Origin: an uncultured Clostridia bacterium
GTDB taxonomy: Bacteria > Bacillota > Clostridia > TANB77 > CAG-508
Reading direction: 5' to 3'
Length of the DNA: 64,000 nt
NCBI GenBank assembly: GCA_947630065.1
Contig: CANRGE010000001.1
Coordinates: forward strand, 18,840 to 82,839
Shown: piece after piece, positions 61,139 to 64,000 of the stretch
Numbering within the stretch: the stretch's first letter is position 1
Layout of the letters: every line of letters begins with the position of its first letter
Position numbers and translations under genes: made by a program
The notes under the pieces: generated by a model
Databases searched by the model: none
Seen by the model: the letters and a program-made list of their open reading frames with translations, nothing else
Told to the model about the DNA's origin: nothing

Positions 61139-62594
61139 TGTTACTCATTCCTTTTTTCAGATAATAAATAGTTAAGTTGCTTATGGTAGTGTCTTTTAAT
61201 TCGCTGCCGTCAATCTTTAACGGTTTAATAACAACACTATCACCGTCATACCAATGTTCAAATTTTAGACAAGAGCTTTCATATTTATCACTCTATATAT
61301 CAACTATAATAGAGTCTTTCAAAGTAAAACTATAAGTACCTTGATTATCAATTGCGGCACTTGTAAAACTACTTATCTATATTCCTTTAGTTTTCTAAAA
61401 GAAATCTTCAAAATTATTATTAGTTAAAACCACATCAGTTTCTACATCTTTCCATGTGCCATCGCCTTGTGCGGAAGTCCAATCTTCTTTTTTAATCACG
61501 GAATTTCCTTGCTTTAGAACCGTAATATTAAAAGTTCCACTATTAGCTTTCCTATAAGCTACTAAGCAAAATTCTGTATCTGTAGTATAATAACCAAATT
61601 TTGTTCCATTTGCAGATGGTGTTACTAATTCAACAACTTTCATTTGTCCAACACCATTATGTAATCCTGCTTGAACTAACCAAACGCCGCCAATCATGTA
61701 CTAATATCTTGCTATATCGGTAATAATTAAACTAACAGAATTTTCAGGTTTACTTTCTTCTAACTTTAGAGGTATTTTACAGAAAGTAGTATATCTATCG
61801 GCATTATGAGAACCAAATTCATAGTTAAAGCTATTATCTAATCTTATATTTTGAGAACCATCAAAATTAGTATTGTTAATAGTGACTATTCTATCAAGCT
61901 AATGCGCCGTGGCGCAACTATTTTTAATACTTTCAATAGTAGAATCAGTAATATCATCTGAAACTATATTGCTATCTGTTTCTTTACTTAACATATCATA
62001 TAAGTTCCAACTACTTTCTTTATCATTATAATTATTGTGTTCTTCTAAAACCTAAAACATATAATTGTCTGTCTTAGAACATTTAACAGCTAAAAGAATT
62101 TCACTCTCGCCACAAATAAGTTTGAAATCTTGTGGGTCTATGTCACCACTTAATAAATTCCACTTTAGATTTTTATTAGAAATATTCCCATCGTTAATTT
62201 CTATAAAAGCAGTTAAAATTCCTATACTATCACTATTGTTACTTTTTCTAACAATAAAACTAATACTTGTGTCACCATTATTAAGATAAGTGTCGGCGAA
62301 AATTCTCCAACCTTTTTCTTCATTATTACTATTGCCCTCTATTAAACACTTTCTATAAGGCATTGCACCAACATCTTCATAAGTTGGCATTTGATGAATG
62401 TGGTCGGCTCTACTAAACTTGTTACTGATACCAGGCTCAGGTTCGTCCTCAAAATTCTTAGGTAAATCATCAGATGGTTCAGTTACAAAAACTTTAATAG
62501 CATCAATCTTATTTATAATTTTACTATTCTATTCATCTAATTTATCCCATATTTGTTTTAAGCCTTTTTCATTCAAGTAATACTTTTTTGCCAT
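61131..62594 (-). CDS. tail fibre protein 3 (487 aa, 7 in-frame TAG)
   Basis: MAKKYYLNEKGLKQIWDKLDE(TAG)N...GISNKFSRADHIHQMP. ORFs 62052-62390 and 61395-61697 are in frame. TAA at 61131 overlaps the next ATG. Confidence 0.6.
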
Positions 62595-62595
62595 T

Positions 62596-62880
62596 TTAAC
62601 CACTCATTGTAAAAGTTAAAGAATTTATAAAATCTGCACTTATTGGCTCAAAATCGTTAATAGAGGTTTCAATATCTTGAATTTTTGTAGTATTATCACC
62701 TATTGACTAATCCTAAGTTTTATTAGTTTGGTCTAATTGCTAATATTTTTGTTTCAAATCGGCAATGTCTTTATCAGAAGCTGCACCGCCAGACGTGTCA
62801 GCAGCGATACTTCTATCTTTGAAATAGGCGGGGTCAATAGTATCATCTCTTACTTTCTATTCCTATAGATATATATTCAC
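62596..62880 (-). CDS. coiled-coil protein with DDTIDPAYF motif (94 aa, 5 in-frame TAG); paralog of 34140-34550
   Basis: GTG start after GAGGTGA. NIYL(TAG)E(TAG)KVRDDTIDPAYFKDRSIAADTSGG... Confidence 0.5.
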
Positions 62881-62994
62881 GCATTATCACCTCATTTTAC
62901 TTATTTAATTTTGTTTTAACTATTAGAAAAAACAAAATTTTAATTCTATTATAAAGTAACAACCTTTATTTTTATCTCTAAACAATATAAAATA

Positions 62995-63023
62995 TTGATT
63001 TTTACTATTTTTTATGATATAAT
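62995..63023 (+). promoter_or_regulatory. sigma70-type promoter (plus strand) for the polymerase gene
   Basis: TTGATT, 17 nt, TGaTATAAT. Confidence 0.6.
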
Positions 63024-63055
63024 ATATATAAGAAAAAATAATAGAGGTGATTTGT

Positions 63056-64000
63056 TTGAATGAATTTTATGGTTCTTGTCACAATCATACTGACCGTAGT
63101 AATCATGATTTAAGAGATTCAACTAATAGATTAGATGAATTATGTTGGTATGCCGCAGATACTTTGAAACATAATTTTATTGCAATAACAGACCACGAAA
63201 CAATTATGACGGCGATAGATTGTCAAGAAGTAGAAGAAAAAATTAGACAAACTTATCCTGATTTTAAGGTTATTAGAGGAAATGAAATTTATCTTTGCAG
63301 AAATGGACTTAATGCAGAAAACTATGTAAGAGGAAAAGACAAATTTTATCATTTTGTACTCTTAGCAAAAAACATAGAAGGACATAGACAAATAAGAGAA
63401 TTATCAACAAGAGCATGGCTTAGAAGTTTTAAGCAAGGCAAAATGAGAAGAATACCAACTTATTATTCTGATTTACAAGAAGTTATTGGTAATAATTCTG
63501 GTAATGTAATTTTTAGTACAGCGTGTCTTGGTTCAAGATTAGCTAATCTTGCTATTAATTATAACTCTAATCCAACAGATGATAAATTACAATATATTAT
63601 TACATGGATTACAGAAATGCAGCAAATTTGCGGCAAAGAGAATTTCTTTCTTGAAGTTCAACCATCTTTTACAGAAGAGCAAAAAATAATTTATAAAGTC
63701 TATAAAGAGCTTTCAGAAAAATTAAACATTCCTGTAGTAATTTCACTTGATGCTCATTATTTAAGAAAAGAAGATAAAGAAATTCATCATGCTTTCTTAA
63801 CAGCACAAGAGGGTGAAAGAGAAACAGAAGCTTTCTATTCTTCAACTTATATGATGAATAGAGAAGAAATTCATTCTTATATGGACGAAGTTATAGGAAC
63901 AGAAACGGTTTCATTATGGCTTAATAACACAAAAAACATTTATGATATGTGTAATGATTATGATTTAACAAAACCTACAAAGATTGGTTATATTCCTTTA
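63056..64000 (+). CDS. dnaE: DNA polymerase III alpha subunit-like (DnaE-type), N-terminal PHP domain; runs off the window
   Basis: TTG start after AGAGGTGA. LNEFYGSCHNHTDRSNHDLRDS...FIAITDHETI...IRGNEIYL...HFVLLAKN...FFLEVQP...ISLDAHY are typical PHP-domain motifs. Open to the window end with no TAG in 315 codons. Confidence 0.75.
   Translation, partial: MNEFYGSCHNHTDRSNHDLRDSTNRLDELCWYAADTLKHNFIAITDHETIMTAIDCQEVEEKIRQTYPDFKVIRGNEIYLCRNGLNAENYVRGKDKFYHFVLLAKNIEGHRQIRELSTRAWLRSFKQGKMRRIPTYYSDLQEVIGNNSGNVIFSTACLGSRLANLAINYNSNPTDDKLQYIITWITEMQQICGKENFFLEVQPSFTEEQKIIYKVYKELSEKLNIPVVISLDAHYLRKEDKEIHHAFLTAQEGERETEAFYSSTYMMNREEIHSYMDEVIGTETVSLWLNNTKNIYDMCNDYDLTKPTKIGYIPL

Noticed and set aside
1-64000. 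TGA recoding (code 4) or TAA recoding in addition to TAG.
   Set aside because: Many genes end cleanly at TAA or TGA with the next start overlapping or abutting, for example 13897, 15906, 25905, 40716, 44366 and 57831. Only one odd in-frame TGA (28382) and one ORF following a TAA (4087) were seen, and both are reported as local oddities.
1-64000. Prophage, integration or transposon features (integrase, att sites, IS elements) and rRNA genes.
   Set aside because: I found no recombinase or transposase motifs and no rRNA-like sequence. The only mobile elements supported are the introns, the intein and the homing-endonuclease genes.

Overview
Very AT-rich 64-kb segment of a large tailed phage. 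The host is probably a low-GC Gram-positive, judging from strong GGAGG ribosome-binding sites and a CHAP+GH25+SH3 endolysin. The ORF track looks fragmented because TAG is not used as a stop here. Reading TAG through (best fit Gln) fuses the fragments into about 75 coherent genes, and a tRNA with anticodon CUA sits at 25103-25176. Layout: 1-51191 is a leftward block for replication, nucleotide metabolism, DNA modification and lysis. It holds nrdD/nrdG, thyX, DNA ligase, RNA ligase, recJ, primase, dnaB, a UvrD-like helicase, PIN-PhoH, a Sak4-like ATPase, SSB, gyrA/gyrB, five methyltransferase-like genes, and holin plus endolysin. About 19 copies of one near-identical sigma70-type promoter cut this block into short operons. 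51192-51627 is an AT-rich divergent control region. 51628-57833 holds two giant paralogous rightward genes. 58191-62880 is a leftward tail-fibre cluster. A rightward DnaE-type polymerase starts at 63056 and runs off the window. Selfish elements are dense: nrdD carries five group I introns (two with homing-endonuclease ORFs) plus a LAGLIDADG intein, tRNA-Leu(UAA) has a group I intron in its anticodon loop, and free-standing GIY-YIG and HNH genes flank a tRNA island. Three tRNA islands hold 9 canonical tRNAs plus several aberrant tRNA-like or structured RNAs. I recognised no rRNA, CRISPR array, integrase or transposase. All calls come from hand translation and folding, so boundaries may be off by a few nt and all counts are approximate.
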